From assembly GCA_028873515.1 (NCBI GenBank), contig JAGWIG010000009.1:610-64609 (forward strand): DNA of 64,000 nucleotides, written 5' to 3'. This stretch comes from Pseudomonadota bacterium. Lineage in GTDB: Bacteria > Pseudomonadota > Gammaproteobacteria > Burkholderiales > REEB80. The notes beneath the pieces were generated by a model, which saw nothing but the letters and a program-made list of their open reading frames with translations, did not search any database and was not told the DNA's origin. Positions 11,244-25,377 of this stretch are shown here, piece by piece; the stretch's first letter is position 1; every line of letters starts with the position of its first letter. The position numbers and the translations under genes were made by a program.

Positions 11244-11783
11244 ATGGCAAACAATTTACTATACAAAAGACTGCTATCAAGTAAAACTAGATGGGTTTTT
11301 TTTCTGGCCTTTATGCTATCGCCACTAATGGCTTTAGCTGGCTCGCTTAATATTACGATTGGTGTCGTAAATACTGATCGAGTGTTCCGAGAATCCGCAC
11401 CTGCGATTAGGGCTGAAAAAAAGCTTGAAAAGGAATTTGCTCCCCGCGATCAATCCCTACAAAAACTTGCACAGCAGGCTAAAGATTTACAGTCTGATTT
11501 GGAACTTCATGGATCATCCATGTCTGTTGTAGATCGAAATGCACGTGAACGCCAGCTTGCAGCTTTGAGCGAACAGTTTGAACGGGCCCAACGGCAGTTC
11601 AGAGAAGATCTAAATATGAGGCGTAATGAAGAAATAGCCAGTTTACAGGATCGAGTTAAACAAGCAATTCTACAGGTTGCACAGCAAAATAAACTGGATC
11701 TTGTTCTTTATGAAGGTGTTTTTTATGCTAACCCCAAGATCGATATTACCAATAAGGTAATCGCAGCCCTTGCGAGCAAATAA
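11244..11783 (+). CDS. skp: periplasmic chaperone Skp/OmpH
   Basis: IGVVNTDRV, coiled-coil, DLVL...IDITNKVI; position between bamA and lpxD. Confidence 0.93.
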   Translation: MANNLLYKRLLSSKTRWVFFLAFMLSPLMALAGSLNITIGVVNTDRVFRESAPAIRAEKKLEKEFAPRDQSLQKLAQQAKDLQSDLELHGSSMSVVDRNARERQLAALSEQFERAQRQFREDLNMRRNEEIASLQDRVKQAILQVAQQNKLDLVLYEGVFYANPKIDITNKVIAALASK

Positions 11784-12847
11784 TGATCCATCCATTAAAT
11801 GCTCATTCACATCAGTCTGTAACCCTTGGTGAAATTGCCCGGTTACTGGATGCTGAGCTTATTGGGAATGCTATGCTTTTGGTCTCTAGGATAGCGTCTA
11901 TTCAAGAAGCCAGGGAAGGTGACCTGACTTTTTTGTCCAATCCCCATTACCGTAATCAACTTTTAACCTGTGGTGCCAGTGCTGTTATAGTAGGTAAAGA
12001 TGACAGGGACTGTACAAATCTTGTTCGTCTCGTAGTTCCAGATCCATATTCTGCATTTCGTCAGGTTGCACTGTTTTTTTCTCCATTACTGCCCGTCAAG
12101 GCAGGTATCAGCCCACAGGCTTTTGTGCATCAGACTGCTCATATTGAGCCCGATGTCCAGATTGATGCGTTCGCTTATATAGGTAAAGATGCAGTCATTG
12201 CCTCTGGCACTCGCATTGAGGCTTTTGCAGCAATTGGCGATGATGCAAAAGTCGGTAAAGACAGCCGAATCGGCCCACATACCCTAATTGGGCATAGTTG
12301 TATCCTGGGCGACAGGGCAATGATCTTTGGTGGGGCAATTATTGGCGGAGATGGTTTTGGTCTTGCGCCAGAAAATGGTGAATGGAAAAAGATACCCCAA
12401 ACTGGACGTGTCGTCATTGGATGTGACGTTGAAATTGGTGCAAATACAACTATTGATCGAGGCACTCTTGGTGACACAGTTATCGGAGATGGGGTTAAGC
12501 TCGATAATCTTATTCAGGTGGGTCATAACGTTATAATTGGTAATCATACAGCTATTGCAGGATGTGTAGGTATTGCAGGTAGCACTAAAATTGGTAGCCA
12601 TTGTACAATTGGGGGTGCTGCCATGATTCATGGTCATATTGAGATCTGTGATAAGGTTCAGATATCGGCTGCAACAGCAATTACCAAATCAATTGCAAAA
12701 CCTGGTATCTATACTTCGCTTATGCCCTTTTCAGAACACGAAGCTTGGCGCCGTAACGCCGTAAAATTGCGCCACCTTGATCTGATGAGTGAAAAAATAA
12801 AAGAGCTAGAACAAAAATTGCTGGCGCTGGAAAGGAAAAACCAATGA
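11783..12847 (+). CDS. lpxD: UDP-3-O-acylglucosamine N-acyltransferase
   Basis: Hexapeptide repeats, [27 protein letters not shown]. Confidence 0.98.
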   Translation: MIHPLNAHSHQSVTLGEIARLLDAELIGNAMLLVSRIASIQEAREGDLTFLSNPHYRNQLLTCGASAVIVGKDDRDCTNLVRLVVPDPYSAFRQVALFFSPLLPVKAGISPQAFVHQTAHIEPDVQIDAFAYIGKDAVIASGTRIEAFAAIGDDAKVGKDSRIGPHTLIGHSCILGDRAMIFGGAIIGGDGFGLAPENGEWKKIPQTGRVVIGCDVEIGANTTIDRGTLGDTVIGDGVKLDNLIQVGHNVIIGNHTAIAGCVGIAGSTKIGSHCTIGGAAMIHGHIEICDKVQISAATAITKSIAKPGIYTSLMPFSEHEAWRRNAVKLRHLDLMSEKIKELEQKLLALERKNQ

Positions 12848-13284
12848 GTATGGACATCCATGAAATTCGAAAATATTTACCGCATCGTTACCCGTTTCTT
12901 TTGGTAGATCGGGTAATTGGGCTGGAGCCAGGAAAATCCATTCTGGCACAAAAGAATGTAACTATAAACGAGCCTTTTTTTAATGGCCATTTTCCCAATC
13001 ATCCAGTTATGCCCGGAGTGTTGATTATTGAAGCTCTGGCGCAGGCAGCAGCAATTTTATCTTTTAGGACAATGAATATCTATCCTGATCCAGATTCAGT
13101 TTACTATTTTGTGGGGATTGATAATGCCCGTTTTAAAAAACCTGTAACCGCAGGAGATGTGTTGAAGCTTTCCGTTATTATTAATCGCCAAGTTCGTGGC
13201 GTCTGGAAGTATACAGCGCAGGCACTTGTAGAAAATCAAGTTGTAGCTGAAGCGGAACTCATGTGCACAATCCGGGCAATTTAG
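12844..13284 (+). CDS. fabZ: 3-hydroxyacyl-ACP dehydratase
   Basis: [33 protein letters not shown]. Confidence 0.99.
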   Translation: MSMDIHEIRKYLPHRYPFLLVDRVIGLEPGKSILAQKNVTINEPFFNGHFPNHPVMPGVLIIEALAQAAAILSFRTMNIYPDPDSVYYFVGIDNARFKKPVTAGDVLKLSVIINRQVRGVWKYTAQALVENQVVAEAELMCTIRAI

Positions 13285-13285
13285 C

Positions 13286-14059
13286 GTGAAGATTCACAAT
13301 ACTGCTATAGTCAATGAAGGGGCACGCATTGCTCCTGATGTTGAAATTGGGGCATATTCCATTATTGGCCCTCATGTCGAAGTAGGCTCGGGAACAGTTA
13401 TTGGCCCACATACCGTCATAGTTGGACATACCCGAATCGGGTCTCATAATCGGATTTTTCAGTTCGCGTCAATCGGTGAAATTCCTCAAGATAAAAAATA
13501 TGGTCATGAAGATACAATACTCGAGATTGGAGATCGTAACCTCATCCGTGAGTTCTGTACTTTGAATACTGGCACTGTACAGGGAGGAGGGATAACCCGG
13601 GTTGGCTCTGATAACTGGATTATGGCTTATGTTCATATCGCACATGATTGCCAGGTAGGTAATCATGTCACTTTTTCAAATAATGCATCCTTAGCTGGTC
13701 ATGCTGAAATTGGAGACTGGGCAGTTTTGGGTGGTTTCACTCTTGTGCATCAATTTTGTCGCATTGGCGCGCATGTCATGATTGGGATGGGATCAGGGAT
13801 TACACAGGATGTCCCACCCTTTATTACTGCTGCAGGCCATCCTGCAAAACCATTTGGCATCAATATTGAAGGTCTGAAGCGTCGACAATATTCTTCCGAA
13901 CAATTGTCTCGCCTTAAACAGGCATACAAGATTCTTTACAAATCCGGCATGAGCTTAAAAGAAGCTCAAGTTGAGCTTGAGAATCGCGGTAATGCGGATA
14001 CAGATGTACGGTTATTTGCCGAATTTGTCGGTCATAGCCAACGTGGAATTATCCGATAG
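13286..14059 (+). CDS. lpxA: UDP-N-acetylglucosamine acyltransferase
   Basis: PQDKKY, HIAHDC, LAGH, VHQFCRIG, GLKRR. Confidence 0.99.
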   Translation: MKIHNTAIVNEGARIAPDVEIGAYSIIGPHVEVGSGTVIGPHTVIVGHTRIGSHNRIFQFASIGEIPQDKKYGHEDTILEIGDRNLIREFCTLNTGTVQGGGITRVGSDNWIMAYVHIAHDCQVGNHVTFSNNASLAGHAEIGDWAVLGGFTLVHQFCRIGAHVMIGMGSGITQDVPPFITAAGHPAKPFGINIEGLKRRQYSSEQLSRLKQAYKILYKSGMSLKEAQVELENRGNADTDVRLFAEFVGHSQRGIIR

Positions 14060-14062
14060 ATT

Positions 14063-15229
14063 ATGCGGAATATTAAAATAGGCATAGTTGCTGGTGAAGC
14101 TTCAGGCGATCTACTGGGATCGAATCTGATTGCAGCGGTAAAGACACGGATCCCAGGAGTCCGCTTTATTGGGATCTGCGGTCCGAAAATGCAGGCGCAA
14201 GGCGGGGAATCGCTTTATCCAATGGATACCTTATCGGTACGTGGGTATGTTGAAGTTTTACGTAATCTTAAACAGATTTTTAAAATACGTAAGAGTCTTA
14301 AACAATACTTTCTTAATAATCCACCAGATCTTTTTATTGGTATCGATGCCCCAGATTTTAACCTTGGCCTTGAAACACGACTTAAAGCCCGAGGTATTCC
14401 AGTTTTACATTACGTAAGTCCGAGCATATGGGCATGGAGAAAAGAACGGCTTCATGACATGAAAGCAGCAGCCGATCATGTTTTAACACTTTTTCCATTT
14501 GAAAAAACTCTTTATGACAAAGCTGGCATTACTTCAACCTATGTAGGGCATCCCCTCGCCGACATCCTCCCACTACAAGGGGACATCTTGCAAGCAAGAA
14601 AAACACTCCGGCTTGATGTTGCTTCGCCGGTAATTGCAGTTTTGCCCGGCAGCCGTCTTGCGGAAATTGATCATCTTGCTTTGGTATTTATTAAGGCAAT
14701 GAGTGAAATTGAGGCTCGATTACCGGATGTGCAGTTTCTACTCCCTTTTATTAATCAGGAAACACGCCGTCGGTTTGAACAGGCACTCAGTAATGTCGAC
14801 AACTCTCCTCAAAAAATGTACCTCATGTTTGGTCATGCACATGAAGCAATGACAGCAGCAAATGTTGTTTTGCTGGCATCCGGTACTGCAAGCCTTGAAG
14901 CAGCCCTTATTGGAAGACCTATGGTAATAGCATATAAGATGCCTAGGCTATCATGGTTAATGTTGCGCCATAAAGCCTACCTTCCTTGGGTCGGGTTACC
15001 AAATATCCTTGCAAAGGAAACACTGGTTCCAGAATTTTTGCAAAAGGCAGCAACACCCCAAGCCATAGCTGACGCTGTTTTGGACTATTTTAATGATAAA
15101 AAGACTGTGAATGAGCTTAAATTCAAGTTTTCATTGATTCATAATGAGTTACGCCAGGGCGCAGCGAACCGTGCCGCTGGCGTAGTAGAGCATATGCTGG
15201 CCGAGGCTACATCGCAATGTAGCGTTTAA
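14063..15229 (+). CDS. lpxB: lipid-A-disaccharide synthase
   Basis: VAGEASGD, IDAPDFN, YVSPSIWAWR, LPGSR, ASGTASLE. Confidence 0.98.
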   Translation: MRNIKIGIVAGEASGDLLGSNLIAAVKTRIPGVRFIGICGPKMQAQGGESLYPMDTLSVRGYVEVLRNLKQIFKIRKSLKQYFLNNPPDLFIGIDAPDFNLGLETRLKARGIPVLHYVSPSIWAWRKERLHDMKAAADHVLTLFPFEKTLYDKAGITSTYVGHPLADILPLQGDILQARKTLRLDVASPVIAVLPGSRLAEIDHLALVFIKAMSEIEARLPDVQFLLPFINQETRRRFEQALSNVDNSPQKMYLMFGHAHEAMTAANVVLLASGTASLEAALIGRPMVIAYKMPRLSWLMLRHKAYLPWVGLPNILAKETLVPEFLQKAATPQAIADAVLDYFNDKKTVNELKFKFSLIHNELRQGAANRAAGVVEHMLAEATSQCSV

Positions 15230-15632
15230 GCATTGTATTCTCATATTCCGCCTCATTCAGGCAAGCTCGTGCCACGTCATGTAAGGAGATGACACCAATT
15301 AAATGTTCGCCTTCCAGAACAGGTAGATGTGAAACATGATTATCAGTCATGACCGCACGTACATATTCAACACTACTATCTGGTGCGCCAATAACTGGAT
15401 TTTTTTGCATGATTTCAGAGACATGCATATCACCGAATTCACGACCATAGTGGCTAAAACCTCGCAGTATTTCACGTAAAGTCAATAAACCGACCATACG
15501 TGCTTCCTGCAAAACGACAAGTGAGCCTATATCAAGTTTTACCATTTTATCAATGGCAACACTTACAGGCTCATCTGGATAAATACCATGTATGTCAGGG
15601 GATTTTGTAAGCAGGATATCGCGGATAAGCAT
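15207..15632 (-). CDS. CBS-pair domain protein
   Basis: Two CBS repeats (IGSLVV...GLLTLRE; HLPV...GVISLHDV); SD GGAGG upstream. Confidence 0.9.
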   Translation of the reverse strand: MLIRDILLTKSPDIHGIYPDEPVSVAIDKMVKLDIGSLVVLQEARMVGLLTLREILRGFSHYGREFGDMHVSEIMQKNPVIGAPDSSVEYVRAVMTDNHVSHLPVLEGEHLIGVISLHDVARACLNEAEYENTMLKRYIAM

Positions 15633-15793
15633 AATCGCCTCCTGTACGGGTAAGGTTGTACCATGTACTACGTTTTATAGTAACAGATTCTTCAAAGTTT
15701 CCATAGAATGAGCAAGTTGCTTACCATATTTATACAGATAATTTATAGTGTTTTCTACCGGCCTACATTTTTTGGAATATCACTGGAAATATC

Positions 15794-16663
15794 ATGAAAC
15801 CACTTTTATTGCGATCGTCCTTATATATGCCAGCAGTAAATGTTCGTGCACTTGAAAAAGCCCATAGTCTAGATATAGATGCCATCATTGCAGATCTCGA
15901 AGACGGAGTAGCGTTGATAAAAAAAAATGAGGCCCGTAAGATTGTAGCCGATGCATTTTCAGAAAATTATGGCTTTCGTTTGAAAGTTCTGCGTATTAAT
16001 GGGCCTACTACACCTTATGTAGATGAAGACATACACCTGGCTGCCAAGATAAATCCTGATGCACTATTGTTAACCAAAATCAACACGCCAGATGAACTAA
16101 ATAAAACACTGAAAAAATTAGACGCAATAAGCCACGTTTCATTTCCAGTATGGTTAATGATTGAAACACCGTCAGCCGTAATAAACATTGATAAACTTGC
16201 ACAAAACAGGCGCGTAAAATGCCTTGTTATGGGCACTAATGATTTAGGTTATGCATTGCATTCCCGACATATTCCTGGTCGAATCCCTTTTTTGTATTCA
16301 TTTTCAAAGGTAATTTTAGCTGGACGAGCAAATGGTCTCGCGGTACTGGACGGGGTTTATTCCAATCTGCAAGATTTAGATGGGTTTAAGAATTACTGTA
16401 ACCAAGGAAGAAATCTAGGTTTTGATGGCGTGACACTGATACATCCTTCTCAAGTGGCGATTGCTAACGAAGAATATAGTGTTTCTATCCATGAAATCGA
16501 ATGGGCGCATAAGGTTTGCAAGGCATGGGATGAGGCCCAACGAAAGGGTCAAGGTGTGGCAACCGTAGAAGGTTGGTTTATTGAAAATTTGCATGTAGAT
16601 GAGGCCAAAAGATTATTGGGGCTTGAGACATCCATTCGCAAACGTACATCTGGAAAAATTTAG
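15794..16663 (+). CDS. CitE/HpcH-HpaI family CoA-ester lyase (malyl-CoA lyase-like)
   Basis: RSSLYMP, DLEDGV, MIETP, MGTNDL, GFDG.TLIHPSQ. Confidence 0.9.
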   Translation: MKPLLLRSSLYMPAVNVRALEKAHSLDIDAIIADLEDGVALIKKNEARKIVADAFSENYGFRLKVLRINGPTTPYVDEDIHLAAKINPDALLLTKINTPDELNKTLKKLDAISHVSFPVWLMIETPSAVINIDKLAQNRRVKCLVMGTNDLGYALHSRHIPGRIPFLYSFSKVILAGRANGLAVLDGVYSNLQDLDGFKNYCNQGRNLGFDGVTLIHPSQVAIANEEYSVSIHEIEWAHKVCKAWDEAQRKGQGVATVEGWFIENLHVDEAKRLLGLETSIRKRTSGKI

Positions 16664-16872
16664 TTTTCAGCTGCAAGTTAAAATATGCCATTTTAGCGTA
16701 TTGATTAATTGTTGAAGAATTTATGGGAATTCATTTCCGGGGCTTTGATCCCCTGTTTTTTATAACAATATTTTTTAAATTGAATAATACTTTGATAAGT
16801 AAGCATTTTTGTGAGAATAAATGATTTCATCAGTAAAAGATTGTTTATCAACATCTATAGAAATTCGCATAA

Positions 16873-17652
16873 ATGAGCGTATTTAAGCAAATTGCCTCAT
16901 CTGAAAACGTACTCTATAAAAGACTTCATAAACTTGCAGGATCACATCGGTTTCGCAAACAGTCCAACCATGTTCTTCTTGACGGAATCCATTTGTTAGT
17001 TGCGGCCCGGGAGGCCGGGCTTAAACCTGATTTGTTAGTAATTACGGCTCGATCGCGTAATCATCCTGAGGTGGCTGCTCAATTAGCACACTATCAAGGG
17101 GATATTATTGAATTATCAGATCATTTATTTTTAACCCTGTCCTCCACTCACCCGGAAGTTGGGCTTATCAGCCGTATTGAGCGCCCTGTGATAAGGTCAA
17201 TAACAGAGTCATTCGTGCTTCTTCTCGAAGAAATCCAGGATCCGGGAAACCTTGGGAACATATTAAGAACTGCAGCCGCAGCGGGTGTCGATACTGTTTA
17301 CCTATCCAGCGGTTGTGCCGATGCTTATTCATCCCGCGCACTTCGGGCAGGGCAGGGTGCTCATTTTTTTCTTTCCATTCAAGAACAGCAAAATCTGTTA
17401 AAGGTAGGAAATGCCTTTAACGGTAAACTTTATGCAACCTCTCCAATTAACGGTACCTCTTTGTTCGACACGAATTTTATTGCGCCTGTGGCATTTGTTT
17501 TTGGTAACGAAGGCTCTGGTATCAGCCCTTCACTTATGGCATTGGCAGCTAAGCAAATTAAAATTCCTATGGCAGGAAAAATGGAGTCACTGAATGTAGC
17601 TGCTTCGGTAGCTATTTGCCTTTTTGAGTGTGTACGGCAATTGAAAAACTAA
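16873..17652 (+). CDS. TrmH/SpoU-family RNA methyltransferase
   Basis: IQDPGNLGNILRTA, FGNEGSG, IPM...ESLNVAAS. Confidence 0.95.
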   Translation: MSVFKQIASSENVLYKRLHKLAGSHRFRKQSNHVLLDGIHLLVAAREAGLKPDLLVITARSRNHPEVAAQLAHYQGDIIELSDHLFLTLSSTHPEVGLISRIERPVIRSITESFVLLLEEIQDPGNLGNILRTAAAAGVDTVYLSSGCADAYSSRALRAGQGAHFFLSIQEQQNLLKVGNAFNGKLYATSPINGTSLFDTNFIAPVAFVFGNEGSGISPSLMALAAKQIKIPMAGKMESLNVAASVAICLFECVRQLKN

Positions 17653-18416
17653 GGGCGCACATAAACAGGATTTGACGTATTTGAGGTGTGCGACTCGAGA
17701 TGGTAGCCTTCAGCACTAAAAGCAGCAAGATCTTCAATACCTGTCGGTTTATTTTGAAGGATCCATCGTGTCATGAGTCCTCGAGCATATTTTGCATAAA
17801 ATGAAATCATCCGGTAACGCCCATCCATACCATCAAGAAACTTGGGTGTCACAACACGTGCGTTAATTTTTGAGAAGTCAATTGAAACATAATATTCTTG
17901 CGACGCAAGATTGATAAGGATGTCATCTCCCTGATGAGCAAGATCCTGTTGGACTATCTTGCTGATTGTTTTTTTCCAGTAAGCATATAAATCCTTACCT
18001 TGAGGATTAGGGAGTTTTATTCCCATTTCCAGCCGGTATGGCTGAATAAGATCAAGTGGCCTTAATACTCCGTAAAGTCCTGAAAGAATACGCAAATGAA
18101 TTTGAGCGAACTGAATTTCACTCGTGTCAAGATGTTCAGCATTTAGACCATCATAAACATCTCCTTTAAATGCAAATAAAGCCGGCTTCGAATTGTTTAC
18201 TGTAAATGGCCTTGACCAATTCTTGAATCGGTCATGATTGAGGTTTGAAAGTTTATCGCTTATATTCATAATATTAGCTATTGCTGCTGGTGAAAACTTT
18301 CTGAGTTGATTAATCAGTATTTCCGATTCATCTAGCTGACGAGGCAAACTGGTTTCTGGGTAGGAATGAGCATGGACAAAATCCTGGGTTTTTGAGGGGG
18401 ATAACAGAATTAGCAT
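17649..18416 (-). CDS. yaaA: peroxide stress protein YaaA (UPF0246)
   Basis: MLILLSPSK, FKGDVY, LSGLYGVLRPLDLIQPYRLEMG, NLASQEY; start set at ATG 18416 after GAGG. Confidence 0.95.
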   Translation of the reverse strand: MLILLSPSKTQDFVHAHSYPETSLPRQLDESEILINQLRKFSPAAIANIMNISDKLSNLNHDRFKNWSRPFTVNNSKPALFAFKGDVYDGLNAEHLDTSEIQFAQIHLRILSGLYGVLRPLDLIQPYRLEMGIKLPNPQGKDLYAYWKKTISKIVQQDLAHQGDDILINLASQEYYVSIDFSKINARVVTPKFLDGMDGRYRMISFYAKYARGLMTRWILQNKPTGIEDLAAFSAEGYHLESHTSNTSNPVYVRP

Positions 18417-18706
18417 ATCGTGCCTCTTGTTTTTAATTAAGCAGTTTTTTCGTATTATTTTTATAAACCATAAATTATGATAGATTATCCCCAGCAACAA
18501 TATAAATTCAACTGGCTTCATCCAAAGATCAATTATCCTTCATGTTTTTTAAATCATGCTTGATTTATGAATGATTGAGATAGCTTAAAAATCAAATACA
18601 TGAACTTGTTTCTACATTAAAGCAATAAAAGCATCTTGTTTTTCTTCAGCATTTTGCGCAATATTTTAGTAAATTCCAGTATTCGCTGAATCGGATAACT
18701 GAACTC

Positions 18707-19183
18707 ATGAGCCATCAGCCTCTATTAATCAGACAGCTCGGGACAGATGATTTTAGTGTGCTTTTACATCGTAATGTATCCATGACACCAATTCAGAGAA
18801 GCATATTTTTGATGGTAACCCTGTTTTGGTCGTTTGCTGTTGGATTATTTTATTTGCTTCATGGTTACTGGCTGGTATTGCCTTACAGTATTATTGAAAT
18901 GACCGCCTTGGTTGTGGCCTTCAGACTAGTTGCCCGCCATGATGATGATATCGAATCCATACAGCTTTGTGGGGACATTCTAACAGTTGTTCAAACTATT
19001 GCCGGTCATTCAGTGCGTCGCGAATATAACCGATACTGGGTACAGGTTTTGGTCATTCATCATTTTGATGATCCTTCAATCTTATTGCGTTCGCATGGTA
19101 AAGAATGGCCTATCGCCACATTTTTACCAGCCTCCGAAAGACTTGCACTGGCAGAAAATCTTCGGTTACATCTAGCTGCTTGA
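18707..19183 (+). CDS. DUF2244-family integral membrane protein
   Basis: RN.SM, G.W.VLP...E, ESI, W..V, LRSHG...IA.FL...ER..LA pattern. Confidence 0.8.
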   Translation: MSHQPLLIRQLGTDDFSVLLHRNVSMTPIQRSIFLMVTLFWSFAVGLFYLLHGYWLVLPYSIIEMTALVVAFRLVARHDDDIESIQLCGDILTVVQTIAGHSVRREYNRYWVQVLVIHHFDDPSILLRSHGKEWPIATFLPASERLALAENLRLHLAA

Positions 19184-19270
19184 TTGATAAGTTTTTTATT
19201 TCACGGGATTGTTTTTTCCATTTTTTATAAAAATTTCTAAATGGATTGATAACTCGTGCTAAATAGCGCT

Positions 19271-19597
19271 TCAGTTACGACTGTTGCCTTCAGTCTGTTT
19301 TTTCTGCTGATGAGTCGAGTTGTCACTGTGCCCAAGAGAACGTTCTGGGTTAACATGGTCTCGTATGGCTTGCTTGATTTCACGTGCTTCAGGGAATTTC
19401 CCAGTTTCTTTTCTGTCCCATATTTTTTTATTATTTATCCAAATTTCAAATAAGCCACCTGATGCCGGAATAAGTGAAACTTCATTTAGTTCATCAGAGA
19501 AGGTTGAAAGTATTTCCTGTGCCATCCATGTAGCACGCAACATCCAATTGCATTGAGTGCAATAGTAGATTTTAAGATGATTAATGGGTTGAGACAT
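19271..19597 (-). CDS. SelT/SelW/SelH (Rdx) family protein
   Basis: IYYCTQCNWMLRATWMAQEILSTF, GGLFEI, FPEA..IKQ.IRD...P.R.LGHSD. Confidence 0.92.
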   Translation of the reverse strand: MSQPINHLKIYYCTQCNWMLRATWMAQEILSTFSDELNEVSLIPASGGLFEIWINNKKIWDRKETGKFPEAREIKQAIRDHVNPERSLGHSDNSTHQQKKQTEGNSRN

Positions 19598-19712
19598 CAA
19601 CGTGTTTTCCTAATTCATAGCCCGCAACTCCTCCCGCAGCAACGGCGAGACACCCACTAAGCAAAGTTGGAAGAATAACAAGTATCGTAATATATTTGAT
19701 CAACCGGCTCAT
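19581..19712 (-). CDS. small lipoprotein (43 aa) with glycine-zipper-like segment; absent from the ORF track
   Basis: Hand translation MSRLIKYITILVILPTLLSGCLAVAAGGVAGYELGKHVDVSTH*; SD AAAGGAGA; lipobox LSGC; stop overlaps the start of the SelW-like gene. Confidence 0.75.
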   Translation of the reverse strand: MSRLIKYITILVILPTLLSGCLAVAAGGVAGYELGKHVDVSTH

Positions 19713-19833
19713 GAAGTCTCCTTTGATTCCCAAGTATGTGTAGTCTAATCAAGTCTTCTGTAACCGGCAATAAAACCTGATGGGTATCGCTACCTTAGCG
19801 CGTTTCATTGTGGGGGAGGGGACTTTCAGGTAA

Positions 19834-22334
<2,501 letters not shown>

Positions 22335-22354
22335 TTTTAAATCAGGCCCATTAA

Positions 22355-23671
<1,317 letters not shown>

Positions 23672-23703
23672 TATTTATTAAGTATCATAGGGAGTGGGGC
23701 CCT

Positions 23704-24048
23704 TTGCGCTGGTTGACTCTGACATTGCTAGTTTTGCTTGCTGCCATACAATACCCATTGTGGCTTGGCAAAGGGGGTTGGATACATGTCTACAGCTTAA
23801 AGCGGCAGATAGCAGATCAGAAAACTTTAAATGCAGCGCTTGATCGGCGAAATGAAGCTCTTGCGGCTGAAGTCGTTGATCTTAAAACAGGTTATTCGGC
23901 AATTGAAGAACGTGCGCGTTATGAGTTAGGGATGGTTAAAAGGAATGAAAAATTTGTACAGATAATTGGTGATCCGATAAGCGCACCGCCTGCAAATGTT
24001 GCTGAAATAGCAGCTAATTCTTTGAAAACAAACAAGCAAACTCAGTAA
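23704..24048 (+). CDS. ftsB: cell division protein FtsB
   Basis: QYPLWLGKGGW, RN..L.AEV.DLK.G..AIEERAR.ELGM. Confidence 0.95.
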   Translation: MRWLTLTLLVLLAAIQYPLWLGKGGWIHVYSLKRQIADQKTLNAALDRRNEALAAEVVDLKTGYSAIEERARYELGMVKRNEKFVQIIGDPISAPPANVAEIAANSLKTNKQTQ

Positions 24049-24331
24049 ATTTTTCTGTTACCCTTTCAAGACCCATGGTGTCATAGGCATTGCGCCAGTC
24101 TTTAGAGACGGTTTCCATTTCAATTTCAAATGTTTCAGGATCTGAAATTCCTTCGTATATTTCAAGCCAGGTATTTGCTAAATCATTCTTTTTGAGCAAT
24201 CGGCCACTAACCCCTGTTCTGTGCAGGATATTTTGCATCAGACTCAAGGTAAGATTAAAAACTTCGTCTTCATCACGCGCACCAAGAGAATAATAGATAA
24301 AGTAGTGGTAGATACCCTCTTTATTTGCCAT
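24014..24331 (-). CDS. DUF4936-family protein
   Basis: YFIYY...TGVSGRLL...TWLEIYE...R..E.F pattern; downstream of ygfZ. Confidence 0.75.
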   Translation of the reverse strand: MANKEGIYHYFIYYSLGARDEDEVFNLTLSLMQNILHRTGVSGRLLKKNDLANTWLEIYEGISDPETFEIEMETVSKDWRNAYDTMGLERVTEKFTEFACLFSKN

Positions 24332-24411
24332 AGATCCTCCAATAATTTTTTTGTGTGTTAGCCATTAAACAGGCTAAAGATTGATTTGGTAAACAGAGAC
24401 ACAAGAATCAA

Positions 24412-25377
24412 TCAGTCTTGTAATGTAAATTCGTCTATTATTTTCAGGGTGTTGATATACTTATCATTAATTTTCAAGCCACTAATTCTAGTATCTACTG
24501 GTAATACGGCAAGTGCAGTGTAACCTAATGCTTCAGGCTCTGCATTGACGACATGTCCAATCTGGGAGTCATGTTTCATGACTGGATCTCCAGGTTTTGC
24601 AATGCCTTCCACAGCGCTTATACGATACATGATTCTACCTGGCGTCCCCCTGTATTGCATACGCGCAACAATTTCCTGCCCGGGGTAGCACCCTTTTTTG
24701 AAACTTATACCTCCTGATTTTTCCAGGTTGACCATTTGCGGAACAAATAAACCCTGTGTTTCTGGAAGAATAACAGGCCAACCTCTTTCAATATCCATTT
24801 TTCTCCAGATATTCGATCCAACTTTAAGCATGTTATCCATAACTGGTTGGATATCCTTGGTTGTGACCTGATTTCCAATGATTTCAACCCTTTCATGGGT
24901 AAGCCGTAATATGCTTATATTTTTGAAGCTACACAAGGTATGATTTACACTGGGAAAACAGAAGTCTTTGGCTAGAAGTGGCTCAGCTTTTATAAGTCCG
25001 TAGCACGAAATTTCGTCAGAGGCATTTCGAATGCCAACTTTGTCCCGTAAGACGAACTTTTTAAAATGAGCCATAACTGGTTCAAGAAGAGACTTGGGCA
25101 ATTGCATCATGAATTCATCACCCATACGCCAAAGCATGAATGTACATAAAAGCCGACCTTTTGCAGTTAGATAACCGCCCGGTGTGGCGTGATCCTTTGA
25201 TAATCCCGCCACATCGCAGGTTAATTGACTATGTAGAAACTTCTGTGCATCTTGATCAGAAAAAACCAATACTCCCAGGTGATCAAGAACAGTTATCATG
25301 CTAACGCTTGAATTATGCTGATTAAGAGATTGAGACTGATGTTCCTGCTTTAGGGGCATGAATTTTCCTTCAAACAA
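24412..25377 (-). CDS. ygfZ: folate-binding Fe-S/tRNA-modification protein YgfZ
   Basis: DAQKFLHSQLTCD, FVPQMVN, KGCYPGQE signature; exact start uncertain. Confidence 0.93.
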   Translation of the reverse strand: MFEGKFMPLKQEHQSQSLNQHNSSVSMITVLDHLGVLVFSDQDAQKFLHSQLTCDVAGLSKDHATPGGYLTAKGRLLCTFMLWRMGDEFMMQLPKSLLEPVMAHFKKFVLRDKVGIRNASDEISCYGLIKAEPLLAKDFCFPSVNHTLCSFKNISILRLTHERVEIIGNQVTTKDIQPVMDNMLKVGSNIWRKMDIERGWPVILPETQGLFVPQMVNLEKSGGISFKKGCYPGQEIVARMQYRGTPGRIMYRISAVEGIAKPGDPVMKHDSQIGHVVNAEPEALGYTALAVLPVDTRISGLKINDKYINTLKIIDEFTLQD

